Source: Phoronis australis
Taxonomy: Eukaryota > Animalia > Phoronida
DNA length: 64,000 nucleotides
Assembly (NCBI GenBank): GCA_002633005.1
Contig: NMRA01000128.1
Coordinates: forward strand, 170,651-234,650
Direction of reading: 5' to 3'
Shown here in pieces: positions 13,001-25,200 of the stretch. The notes beneath the pieces are model-generated. The model was given only the letters and a program-made list of their open reading frames with translations. It searched no databases and had not been told where the DNA came from. A program made the translations under genes and the position numbers. Each line of letters opens with the position of its first letter. Within the stretch, counting starts at the first letter, position 1.

Positions 13001-16000
13001 CTGGAGGTCAACGTGAATATAAAACGACACATGGCAGGTGAGACCTGGTGATTTATGAGCCCAATACTCCACTTTGTTAGGACCCACAAATACACCCAGG
13101 TACATTCACATAAATGCCACTTACCTCTTCTTCCCAACTTTCAAATATGTGCTGCTGGTCTTTCAAACACACAAACTTTTCCAAAAGGCCTTTGCAAGTC
13201 CAGGTGTAGCCTGAAATTGCACCAGTAACTAACAGTTGTATCCAGGTGCGCTGTGCATTTAAAACAACAAAATACTAACGTTTCCACAAGACACAATCAA
13301 AGCTTATATAACATCCATGGTGTTCTTGTTTGATTCTTTGAAGGGTTAGAGGAACTACCTGGCAGAGTGCCAGCTCTACATAAAGATAGTCACATTGACA
13401 GACAGTAACCAAAGGGTACTAGTCAAATCCAGTCTACAGCCTTCACAGAATATCCACTCAACTCATAATTCACAATACCAACCAGTTTAAAGCAAAAAAA
13501 GCAACAGGGCACCGGTTAAAATAATGAATATCCTCTCGATAAAAAACTTCAAGACATGCCTTATGTCTACATCCAAAACGATGTTAAGAAAGCAACTCTG
13601 GTTCAAATTATTCACCCACGACAGGAATTGCAATCTCATTCTTATACCATACTTCAGTCAATGTCAAACCAATACTGGAGAACTGGTTTAGGACATATCA
13701 ACCTGATCTCCGACTCCAGCTACAAAATACCCTAGTTATATTGTAACTCGATCCCTGTGTACAATCATGTCTCCAATATTAGCTATGTGGAAAATGGTAA
13801 ACTTTTGGTACAATTGCAGGGAAAATTAATTTTGAATTAGTTTGTAATACAGATAACATGCACATTTGTTTCACAAGAATTCCTAATATCATTTTTCCCT
13901 CAAGATCCCAATTAAGTATTTTTTTGTAATGTGCAGTTTGTTTTGCGAAGTGTGTTATAGTTTACAATTTGCCGATTCACATTTAAAGGGAATTTTCCCT
14001 TTTACGGCTGAAAAACACATGTTTAGGTCTAGGATTGTAGTTGGAACAGAACTCTCAAAGTTGACCAGGATTATGAAACAAAAAACAACACTCACCGATG
14101 TCTGCTTGCAATTCACTGAAATCATGGCTGGTGACTTGGCCAGATAAATATTGTAAACATTCGGGTTAACACCCTGGGCGGTTAAATTTTCGAACCCAAA
14201 AATTTGGGGGGTGGGTGGTTAACCAGACATGGGCCATTAAATGCGAAATTTCAAGAAATTGCCGGTGGGCGGTTAACCGAACATGGCCGCTTATTATGAC
14301 AGACAACCACCCTGGGCGGTTAATCTCACATCACGATCCGAGTCCCCACAGGTATTGGGAACGCGTAACACTTGCAAAGAGCCTTATCGTCATGAAATAC
14401 GTACCCTGCGCACTCTAACTAACACAGTTTCGAATTTGTGGACAGTGGTCAAGTTCTGAATGTTTGTATAGAAAGTATGCTGCATAGTTCAGCACCTCAG
14501 ATAAGAACGATTATTGCGAATTCTACTCTTAATTTCACTATACTTCGCAGACATTGGTGAACATGTTCACCAACGCAGCAGGCGGTAGCTGCGCTGTCAT
14601 TTTAACCCAGTTGTAGTGATGCGCTGACCCATTTTTCCTGTTTGATTAGTGCGCACGTGCAAGCTTCACGTGTTGCAGAGGTCACAGCATAGATTAAATT
14701 TATGGTTGAAGTCCTGAGTGCTAGCTGTCCAAGTTCTGAGCAAAAAAGCAGTTTTAATATTAGTTGTAATATAAGTTTGAAAACTTCATTCAGATTTAAT
14801 TGTTTTTAGCGCTTGTGATGCTCATGTTCGAGACTCCATGACTCAATGAATTTGTTAAGGTATGGTTTACATGCGGCTGTCTTATTCCGGCGCTGCGCAC
14901 TTCCCGTAGCGCGAAACATGCTACGGTACACAATGACAACAAAAATAGCAGGCAAGCGGACATGAGACAGTTGTCAATCAAAACATAACGTACTCGTCCA
15001 GGTTACCACCCATTTTCAATTTTTCATTTTTAAGCGCCCATGCTCGGCTTACCGCCTACCCCCAATTTTTTATGATTGTGACCTCCTTAAAAGTGTGTGT
15101 GCTTTTTTGAACGTTTGTTTCGCAAAACTAAGATTCCAAAACATGCGCAACTCGCTTTTAAACCTTTCAATGACAATCAATCAGTTTTAGTGGAACCGGA
15201 AACTTGCTTTACTATGGTGGTAAAATACCCGTATTCTCATGCACTTTACTGAAGGACACAATTGTTTCCTTTGGCTCACGCACGGAACTCATGTCAGCAT
15301 GTACTGATCATTGAGACAGCACTTGTCGAATGTATTTCATTGCCATGATAGAACCAACAAAGCGGTACTTGAAAAGAATTTCAAGTCCGTGGTCTACCTT
15401 TCTGGATTCCCCATGACAGTACACGAAACATCACCACCCTGAGCAATGAAATAAAAAAAAACACAAGCGCACTCGGCTGGTTCATGACCAACGATTTTGG
15501 AAACTTCACCGACATTATTTTGGACGCAATGTTTTGAATACAAGCAGATACGGACCATTGTTCCGTGTCTTTTTTAAACGCATGTTTTTAATGACTCAGT
15601 CGTGACCCCAAAATGGAAGTGCCCAACCAAAAGCAAAAGCGCAAGAAATCAAATTGTAATTAAGCGCAAGTCGAACATTCTATCCACATTTATATGGTCA
15701 AAAACTTATTTTTTGAACTCTTGATTTGCCTGTTGACTTTTTACATAATTGCGTATTTGCTTTTTTATATGTGATTATGCTTCATTATTTTCGCAGCCGA
15801 CTGACCACCCCCATTGCTTAATAGTAGTATGGTGATTGTTGAGTAGTGCTTTGATGAATTCTGGGAGGTGGGTGTTGACTGTTCAATACAGAAATATACA
15901 GACAATGTATACAAAATGTTACATTGTTCGAACTAGGTTCAAAGTATTTAGAAGAAAGACCAGCTGTCAATCATTAGCACGTTTTGTTGCAGCACATCTT

Positions 16001-18818
16001 TACAAAATCACCTGCTTCCCCTAGCAATACATGACGATCTAGCGTAGTCTTGCGTGATCTTGCTTTTCTCTCAAGAAACTTGTCCTACTGAAGGCACGTC
16101 TATCTGTCAGAATGCCTTAGTTCCAAGACAAGACGAGCAGAGACCGAGGTACATAAAGACCCAATCATGCTCGGGACCACGGTGCCACTGTATTGTGTGC
16201 GCTATTTCACTTCAGCCCGTCGAAGTCTGTTACTTCAATCCACAAACGTATATTTTAATTGACACGTTTGAAGTCCAACGTCAGTGTAGCTCAGTAAGGG
16301 TAAAATCGGTCCTTTGTAGAGTAAGCACCCACTCCCGACTTTTCAAAAATTTTGATTTTAACCGCCCATGCTCGGCTTACCGCCCACCCCGTTTTTTAGA
16401 TTCCCAATTTAAGCACCCTAGGTGGTAACCTGGACGACCGCAACATCATTACTCAAGAACAAGTACTTGCTTAAGATTTTATTTTAAAAAAAATACTAAT
16501 AACTTTGACTGAAGTCCGAGGGAAAATTAGTTTGTACACGCAAGGTGTCGGTAAAAATAATTCATAGACAAAGTCCGAATTATTCGGCACCCCTGTTTTG
16601 CTATGCGACTAGTGACGACATCTAACCAGCAATGCGTCCTTACCAGCCTCCCATTCAGTAACGCTAGGATCTTGCTAAAAAGCAATACTTCGCGAGATTA
16701 CATGAGATATTGCCATGTATTTAGAATAAAAGTATGTGACTTTGGCTAGATTTTAGCCAAGACCTAGAGTAGTTCCTAGCGTTACTGAACGCAAGCCTGT
16801 ATCGAAAGACAGACATCCTTGATAACTCGGCACTTACATGCATCAAAATAGAGAGAATTTAACACCTTTTTTTAGTTATGGGAATTCTTGAAAATCCGAG
16901 AGCTTCCAACCTAAAGCTTATTGAGAGGGTTGGCAAAACCACTGTCTAGGCATTTCTCTGGCCTGATTATTTTGAATATATGTTTTATCTAGTGCACTGC
17001 AGTCAGAAACTCAGTGCAGCAGACAGCGTGGCTGAAAGTGGAGGTATTGATGCGGGCATACCTCTTGTTCCTGCAATCCAAAAGAGCACTATACTCTCGA
17101 TTACAAACATGAAATTTGAACAGGATGTAGTTTAGATGCGGGCACACCTTCTCAAGTTCTTTTCTCGAAGCCAAGGCCAAGTTTTCATGGCGAGTTTTCG
17201 ATTGTCCAGAAAGCCAAATTGGGAGATTCATGTTTTTACAGTTGCANTTTCCCAAATGGTCTTTTGTCTACTTTCTGATGTTTTTGCCACGATACGATCT
17301 AATAGTACATGGGTGGCACCGCAGCACTGAAAAAAGTGGGGTTATAGTCTCCACCTGCACCCTATCAAGCCAGTGTTTTCTACAACTTGTTTTGACTTGT
17401 CGCTGCATCGAGTTTGAATTTTACCATGACGAGTTTGGCTCACTTGCGTAGAGTTTAAGTATTGGGAGATTTAGTCATTTCTTAAGCAAATTAGGAAATT
17501 TTGGACTTTTGGTACCAGTTCAATGTATTTATTTCAAACTCCCCACAGTATAAGACTTGAACACATGTACATGAATGTTGAAATTCAAGTTGAGTTTGAA
17601 TTTTCTGCCGAGACCACTGCATGCTATGATGTGCTGCCCATGTAGTAGTACTCAGGGGCATATCCAGAATTTTTGGTTAGGAGGGGGGGGGGCAGGACAA
17701 AGTATTAGGTACGATTTTACCTGTAAGATATTTGCACCCTTGAACTGCCAAATGAAATCTGAGCGAGTTTTAGGGGGGCCTTAGTCCCCTTGCCCTCCCC
17801 CAAAATCCACCAATGTCTTGTAGTATGATGTGAAATTTCCTCCTAGCTCAGGTGCATTTATTTCTAAGCTGATGTGTTGTCTTTGCTCTTTTCCTTTTAA
17901 GCTGTGTAATCCATTGCTTTCATCTAACATGGGGTTGATGCTCCTGTTCCATTTACTAACAAAACACTTAAAACACCAATATCTCAGTAGAAATTGATCC
18001 AAATTGAATATAATACATACCACCATGTTCGTCTGAATGAGACAAATCTTTTGATATGCAGCGCATGTATATTCTTTTATTTTTTACGAAATTATGTAGA
18101 AAGGCAGATATTTTACGCATGTTCGTCGCGTTTCAATGGCCATTTTCTTCGTAACCACTCACCCAATTTTTATGATTTTAACACCATTTCATTTCTCACA
18201 CCAAGGGCTTTTCAAAAATGTATGACATGTGGCAATCTAAAAAAATTTAAAAAACGTCCTCCCTAGTATTTGTCGAGTTGTAAGACATGGACGGCCTCCT
18301 AGGCTAAGCTAAGGTGCCTATGCGCAAAAGGTAATTATAACAATGTGACTTAGATGTTTTAATCAGTGAGAGGCTTAATTCGTCAAAAAGCTGCCGGCGT
18401 ATGAAACGCTTTGGAGCTTCACCATCCAGACAGTCGAGACGTGGGCACTGTCTGTCCGTTGTCCTCCCTATCATTAGTCAAGTCGAACGAGTGTTTGTAG
18501 TGTAAATTTCAGGGAACAGTCACTGTCCATCCAGGGCATAAATTTTTACCTTTACAAGTGTTTTTTAGCTCAGTGAATGTTTAAAAACGTGATCATTTGC
18601 TTAATCACGATATTGCATGCTTAAATCAAGAATTCCAAAAATACCTATTCCAAGTTCACGCACGACATTGAACACCTCGTGGTGACGATTGCTGTGCACT
18701 GGAGTAGCCTAGATAATATACGATATATTTGACACATTAATTTACACACTTTTGACTTACCCAGTCTAGCGGGGAAGTAGCCGAATTCCCTTGCTCTGAG
18801 ATCGTACAATGACTGCAT
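1075..18818 (-). CDS. DTL: Denticleless/CDT2, WD40 substrate receptor of the CRL4 E3 ligase (5' part; 3' exons lie beyond the left edge)
   Basis: In-phase GT-AG exons: 18818-18761 (MQSLYDLRAREFGYFPARL), 13210-13125, 10625-10589 (AWVPPFACQFC), 8269-8174 (HVLAVADEDGCVRLFNT), 7100-6918 (WMAHSNAVFDIAW..LLTASGDQT), 5690-5625 (VFASGSRDGHIMVWDSR), 2523-2346 (QSVTSVLFQDDHYLISAGAADG), 1890-1787 (IKVWDLRKNYS), 1179-1075 (RLFANCMDDIIYEYN). These motifs are characteristic of DTL. Confidence 0.93.
3097..3352. repeat. About 88-bp tandem repeat, 3 units
   Basis: CAGTYCACTWAAGGACCARCAAACAAA..CACTGACA recurs near 3097, 3184 and 3274. Confidence 0.85.
3710..3993. repeat. Tandem duplication of about 146 bp, GAT-rich
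   Basis: CTTGGCGAAATTAAC...AAATAGGCTACAGTCTT occurs at about 3710-3848 and 3856-3993. Confidence 0.85.
8442..8827. mobile_element. Foldback MITE with long terminal inverted repeats and a 5-bp TSD
   Basis: CAAGGTACCTAAACTAC...GTAGTTTAGGTACCTTG. Inverted symmetry extends through most of the element. GGTTT flanks both sides. Confidence 0.88.
14994..16437. mobile_element. Non-autonomous TIR element, about 1.44 kb
   Basis: Perfect 17-bp inverted termini TCGTCCAGGTTACCACC / GGTGGTAACCTGGACGA. Internal direct repeat CGCCCATGCTCGGCTTACCGCC near 15035 and 16363. Confidence 0.7.
16647..16796. mobile_element. 150-bp MITE with CWG flanks (PIF/Harbinger-like)
   Basis: Subterminal inverted repeat TTCAGTAACGCTAGGA / TCCTAGCGTTACTGAA, flanked by CAG and CTG. 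A deleted relative lies at 33578-33613. Confidence 0.7.
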
Positions 18819-19218
18819 CGTTCAAAGATATCTTAATCCAACATTGTAAACTTTATCGCACTTAGAGGTACGACAGAGTTCACTAACTTTCTGTCGCGGC
18901 TGCATCAACTTCGGCTACGCGCCAAAGTGACGTCACGGTTTCTTTGGAAATCTTCAGTTTTTGTTTAGAAAGAATTCGTTAATTTAGTTAACCTTATGAA
19001 TAGATAGCACAGTTTGACTGCCGTTTTTTTTTGTTTTCAATGTTTTGAAGAAACTTAATTCTCGACCGAATGAGATTGTGCGTTGCTAGCCGCCATTATT
19101 CTTTTGAGAGGGATGTTGAACTGATGTAGGGTCATTTATCAGACAACATCTCTGTTGTGTGGTATCATTGTAACTATCTTATTGTTGTACGTTACTCCTT
19201 ATTGTCAAATCTTCAAAG
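18819..19218. promoter_or_regulatory. Bidirectional DTL/CCT4 promoter region
   Basis: 400 bp between divergent ATGs. E2F-like GCGCCAAA (18919-18926) abuts the palindromic CRE GTGACGTCAC (18927-18936). YY1-like GCCGCCAT at 19089-19096. Confidence 0.75.
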
Positions 19219-22200
19219 ATGCCTCCTAAACCATCAAGTGGAAAAGCTCCGAAAGGAGGTAAAAAGTCGGAATTTAAAGATAAAGAGAAGCCTACACAGA
19301 TTAGGTACAGCAACATCACTGCTGCCAAAGGTAGGGTACAGTAGGCTTGCAGTGTTTTTTGTTGATGTGTATGACAGCACCATGTGACAAAATACAAGCG
19401 ACAAACCATATACGAAATTCGTTCGGTGTGTCGTTATTTTATAAACTGCTAGTTCTTTCTAGAATGTTCCCCTCGGAGTCTGATAGAAAGGTCAAGGTCG
19501 CGCACGTTATGCCATTGCCAGTGGCATTATTCTTTTAGAAAAATACATCTTTATTGTACCGAGATTCAAACTGGGTATCTTTAGGGTAACTGGAAAACGA
19601 TTTAGAGAGGCTTTATTTGTTTGCTACAGTTGACACAACCCGAAACCAGTCACTAATTACTGGCCACTGCTATTCAAAATGCTGGCTGTGCTTGCAGTTT
19701 TTGCAAGCGGCAGTTGTCAAAGAAATTTGACGAAATGTAGAATGTGCGACCTTCACAATAGTTTAAAATATACCTGGATTATAAAATGTCTACCCTCCTC
19801 TGTTCTAGTCACATTTCCTGCACAATAATTAACAACCCAAAATTAAAGAAATTTGTCGTTAAAAAAAACCTGCAAAATGGCGACTTCCACGTTAGTTTTC
19901 AGTTCAGCCAGATTAAGAATTCGAGAGTCGGTCTCGTTTCTAAATCAACCAATGGCATTCAAGTACAAACGAGGTCATTAGATTAACTGTTGACATCTTT
20001 TCTCAAATTACGACATCAACTTGCTGCAGTATACTCAGCGACAAGATGGTGTCCTGAGCAAGGCATGAGTGTGGAAAATGTTGACATTTTGGCATGTATT
20101 GCCGATTTCCTTCATTAAATAACTTTTTCTGTTTAAGTTAAGAACTGGTACTGTATTTTTCTTCATTCAGACCTTGCAACTGTACGTTTTTAATTTCCAA
20201 TATTTGGGCAAAACTGTGTTGCATGGATTAACAACCTTGTGGAGCCTTTCCATGCGCTACTGGCGGGCGCGGTAAAAATGGGAACCCACACTCTAGCGTT
20301 ATCAACAAGAGTGTTGTGTCTACCAAACTCATCCCTGGTCTTCCACTTTGAACTTTCAATGTTTGTCTGGTGTTAGCTGCATGTCAATTTCTCCTATTTT
20401 TGTTTTAGCGGTAGCAGATGCAATCCGCACCAGTTTGGGTCCTCGTGGTATGGACAAAATGGTAGGATTTATTAATTAATTTGTTATTCAACATTTGGAG
20501 TGCTTGATTTTAAAGGGTGATCTACGCACTGTACGTTACTACCATAAGCAGAAATAAACAAGGGCATGGTGAATTGTGTATAGTTTAAGCGTGTACGAGT
20601 TTTCGCACATTTTCTATTTTATATTGTTAACTAGCCGTTACGGGTAGCAGCTAGGGGGAAACGCCGAGGGGAAATAGCTACACCTAAGAGTGAACCAAGT
20701 GTTCATCGCAAGAAACAGGAATGTTGCTAAAGAGACCGTGTTCAAAGCTTCAAGCAGAATTTCTGTCACTGTCAGATATTAGTAAGCAAGGTGTGCGGCT
20801 GCGGGATTTTTTCCCTAAGCAGTACAAATTTATTTCCAGAACATTTGATCTTGCCGTAACATTCACTTTGCCTGTTACAGCCGTTCATAGAAGTAAAAAA
20901 ATTATTAAACGTTAACAAAGGAAAATCTGTCGTCGTGCATACTCGTGACACGCTCACGTAGGCCTACGCGTCATTTCCTAAAACTCTGCGATATCTTTCG
21001 AGAGTTAGTTCTGAAATTGGGTTTTCTGGTATTAAAATGTTAAAAACTTGTAACTTGTAATGAAATGAAACCACTTCCGATTGTTAAGAACTGTACGCAA
21101 CCTCGCTGTTGGTTGAAGAACATGGAAATTGGCCAATAGGTGATGCAATGGTGCCCAAAGAGTGCATGGCGATTTTAGCAGCAGAATAACTGAAGAACGC
21201 CAATGTTCCAACACCCGTGTAAATAATTTAGTTGACTCAAGGAAAAATAAACAATTTTTAGTGAGGTATCATTAATTTGGGCAGCGACAGGCCCTAGGAA
21301 TTGTGTACTTGACAAAAGCCGGAGGGAGTGAAATTAAACCGACGGAGTGACGTCACCCAGGCCGTTGAGCCGATCGACTGATGTCACCAAGGCCAATACG
21401 AAGCTGGCCGCCCTCCCTCCGCGTCAGTGAAAAAACGGCCCGCGAGAAAAATATAGGACACCTCGAATCCTAATAGGGGCCCAGTGCAATACATGGGACC
21501 AAGACGGTGCCGAAACGGGTGCAGCGAAGGTCTGTAGTGGAGCGGGGGAGACGGAGTTTGTGAAAATCATGCATTTTATATATTAGATATTCCTGTGATG
21601 AATGAAGCAGTCTGAAGATCCGAGTAGATGTGATCTTTACTGGGAAATTACGTTCAAGTCTACCTGTAGCAGACAGGACTTTGATTCGCCTGTTGGAAGG
21701 AATGCAACTCAAACTGGTTAAAAACACCAGTACTTTATACAGTACTGTTTGTCAACAAACATATAATACTTATGTCATTGACAATTTTTAACTAAAGTTT
21801 ACGTGAAATAATATAATCAGAGTCCTACTTAAACACAGGCTATAGGTATCATGGCCCCTATTTTGCCAATTCTGCTTGTAGATTGGGAGTACAAAAATAG
21901 TTCAAATAATATTTAGTTTTCTTTCAAACTCATGAAAAGCTTTATGCATCTTGGTGCTGCTTCAAGTTTCAACTTTGGAATATAACTGCAAATTAATTAG
22001 TATATGCACAAAGTGGGCTAATGAGCTAGAGGAGCTACTGACTACTGTTGAAATTTTGCATTTGTTAATGTTGCTTGTTTTGTACAGATTCAAAGTGGCT
22101 CTGGAGACGTGACGATCACCAATGACGGTGCAACGATTTTGAAAGAAATGCAAGTTTTCCATCCAGCAGCCAAAATGGTATGTTTCCAATAGATAAACTG

Positions 22201-25200
22201 CTCTGTTGTTTGTTTAAGACTGTGTTGTTTGTGGTGTTTGACTATTAAGAATCCAAAAGTCTCTAAAACATAATTGGACCCACTTTTCATGAACCTGAAA
22301 AAGGGGCACTAACATTTATTACAACAGAACCAATAGTTAGGAGCTGGAAGATAATAACTGTTGTGTAATTTAAATTCAGCACTTTTCTTGGCCACTGTTT
22401 GACTGTATCTGCTGTCATATCATCGGCTGTTTATCCACATGTTGATCTTGTTTTGCTGTCGTTTTGTTGTTTTGCTTGTATTTTTACACTCTATCCGGAA
22501 CATTTCAGAATGGTGATACTTAACACTTTTAAAATGATGTTGCCGTCAGTGCCTGTAATGGTCGTCGTCTGCTCTGAAGATTGGTTACTGTGTTTTTCCA
22601 TGCCATGTACGTGTAACCGATTATTTCCAGCTTGTTGAGTTGTCGAAGGCTCAAGACATTGAAGCTGGTGATGGTACAACCTCCGTCTGTGTCATTGCTG
22701 GTAGTCTGTTGGATGCCAGTGCCAAGCTCCTCAACAAAGGTGAGTCAGTTGCCTGTATATCTGTGTAGATATAGTATTCAGCCACGTCTGCTGTGTGGTC
22801 TAGTGTCAGGGCCGAGTTGTATTACTTTGCAAGTCTATAAGATTTCGCCACGCTTTACGAGTAGAGTACATGATCATACTAGCTTTTGCCTGTGAGTGTG
22901 TTACAAAGTATAACGACTCGGGTGCAACACAAGGTCACTGACATATCTCTGAATGAAGCTGGAAATGTCTAAGTTAGAAGCAGCCGTTGTTTTTGCACTA
23001 GGCTGTTTCAGCTTGCACAGTTTCTGCATATATTAATTTGTGTGAACTTTGGCCTTGTAGAAAGTTTCATCAAGACCTTTTTTTTACACGTTTTAATCAT
23101 TTCTCTGCCTCTAAGTGTTTGATCATTACTATCCAGTCTTCTCTATAGCCTGTTTTGACTCTTTGGAGTGGTGATTTTTGATTTTGTTCTGATGAGTGTG
23201 GTCATCTGAAGCTGATTGAAAAAAAAAAAGAATCCGAGTTTGAACTCGTGGAAATTCACCCCTTGATTTGTTTAACATTTCACGAGTCCTTTCAAGTTTC
23301 CTTTATGAAGAACCACTGCTATCATTGAAACATTGTAGCGTAGCCTCCAATCTTGGCATGTCACTTCCTATTTGATGGATTGATGTGAATAATGATGGAA
23401 GGTAGATTATGGGTGAGGGTCTTCGGTGCTAGGACTGTGCTGTGTTCTAGATCCTTCCTCTGACCTCACAACATGCTAAAAAGACATTTCTTATTTATTC
23501 GAAGTACAATTAATCTAATACATTAACTTTAGCTTTTCAACATTTTTCATTTGCTGTGTGACAGCTTCTGGGTTTAGCGAGTTCATGACTTTGTACTTGA
23601 TGAAAGGTTGAGTGCACAAGGGGGTGTTATTTCTATGAATTCTTATGTGAGGTGAGGCTTAAGTTGCTGTGTAGCTTAATTGTCTATTGAATTTGTCTCC
23701 TGGGTGAAAGTGGAGCTTTAGCTGCAAAGTTACTGTTTCTTTAGTTTGTTCTTGTTGGAAACAACCATTTTATAGAACTGTCTGTGTTAAAGATTCTATT
23801 TTGAATATGCAAATGAGTACTAGTTTACAAAGAACCCCGGGTCTTCCGGTGTGCCGGAAACCATCTGCAAACCATTTACCATTACAATCTCACGAATGTC
23901 TTGTTTTGCGAGACTATTTTAATGTAAATGAGTATGGTAATATGTCATCGTTACCCTAAGGCACTGTTTTTATGATTTTTCATTTCACTATCAAGTAATA
24001 TTGGAATTACTAGGGTCTTCTACATACTCACACTCGCACTTGTTTTTTTTTTAAAAAACAAGTTAAAAGTGTATCAGTTGTGGTGTTTTCTTTAAAACCG
24101 CAGTTTCTTTACAAATTGTTTCTTTTCGTGATTATACTTGTACACACAATTCTCCAGGAGATCACTAGGTGACACTTGCTACAAATTTAAATTTTCACGT
24201 AGCGTCTTCAAGCAAATCTCTGACTTGCACACATCTAATTTATATTTTTTCCACATCGCTTTATAGAACTAGAACATCTGCAGTGTTATCCTCAACCTGT
24301 TTTAGTTCGTTACTGTGTCGAGTGTGAATTTTGTCATGACTAGTTTGGTTTACTTGAATGATTCAAGTTTGAAAACGTATGCAACGAGTTTGAAGTACTG
24401 GGAGAGTCATTTCTCAAGCAAATCGGGATATTTTGGATGTTTGGTACCAGTTCAATACATTTATACCAAGACTTAACACACAAACTCCCCACAGTATGGA
24501 CATGGACTTTCTAACACGTACATGAATTGTGTAACTCCAGTTGAGTTTGAATTTTCTGTAGAAGAGAACACTGGCCTATTTGTTAACGAAAATACAATGC
24601 AACAGGCTTAAATATGTGATGGTGCATCCGAGTGACTCACACATGCTCTTTGGCAGGCATTCATCCAACAACGGTCTCCGACGCCTTCCAGCAAGCTGCA
24701 GCCAAGTCTGTGGAGATACTGGAGCAGATGTCAACACCACTAGAACTAACAGACAGGGAGTCACTCCTGAAGAGTGCCTCAACGTCACTCAATTCAAAGG
24801 TGAGATGTCTGGTGATTAGCTTCTAACTGAAGGCATTACTATAGTGTTGTAATCAGAGCTGGGATTGTGTTGAGGATAGTACGGATTCGTTTTGTGTGAT
24901 ATAACTAGGTGATTGTTTGCAAAGTACCATTGAAACAGCATGGTGATGGTTAAGCAAAATAGTTATTAAATTAGCTTGAAGCTAGGTGGCATATTAAGTT
25001 TCACTGTGTGTCTTGAAATTGACTTGCAATCATTGTGCAGCATGCGGTTGTGTGTAATTGACCTATCTGCATCACTTGACTTGAAGTGGGTGTTGTGCTT
25101 TTTGCATTTTCAGGTGGTGTCGCAGTATTCGTCTAGTCTATCGCCGATAGCAGTGGACGCTGTCCTCCGAGTCATTGACCCGACTGCGGCTAATAATGTT

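Noticed and set aside
14096-14125. Possible DTL first exon (ATGATTTCAG...TCG|GTGAG)
   Set aside because: From that ATG the donor is phase 0, but the next exon needs phase 1. Exon 18818-18761 fits both phase and family pattern. A minor cassette exon cannot be excluded.
16054-16428. 124-aa Cys-rich ORF inside the TIR element
   Set aside because: Non-ATG start, no recognisable transposase motif, and it runs into the terminal repeat.
23188-23225. CTGATGAG as a hammerhead ribozyme core or C/D box
   Set aside because: No properly placed stem II plus GAAA and no convincing C/D terminal stem. The similar stretch near 54758-54805 also lacks the core.
23350-23358. snoRNA pocket complementarity to U2 snRNA (GCUAAGAU)
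   Set aside because: Only one side of the pocket pairs. The bipartite 18S match fits the geometry better.
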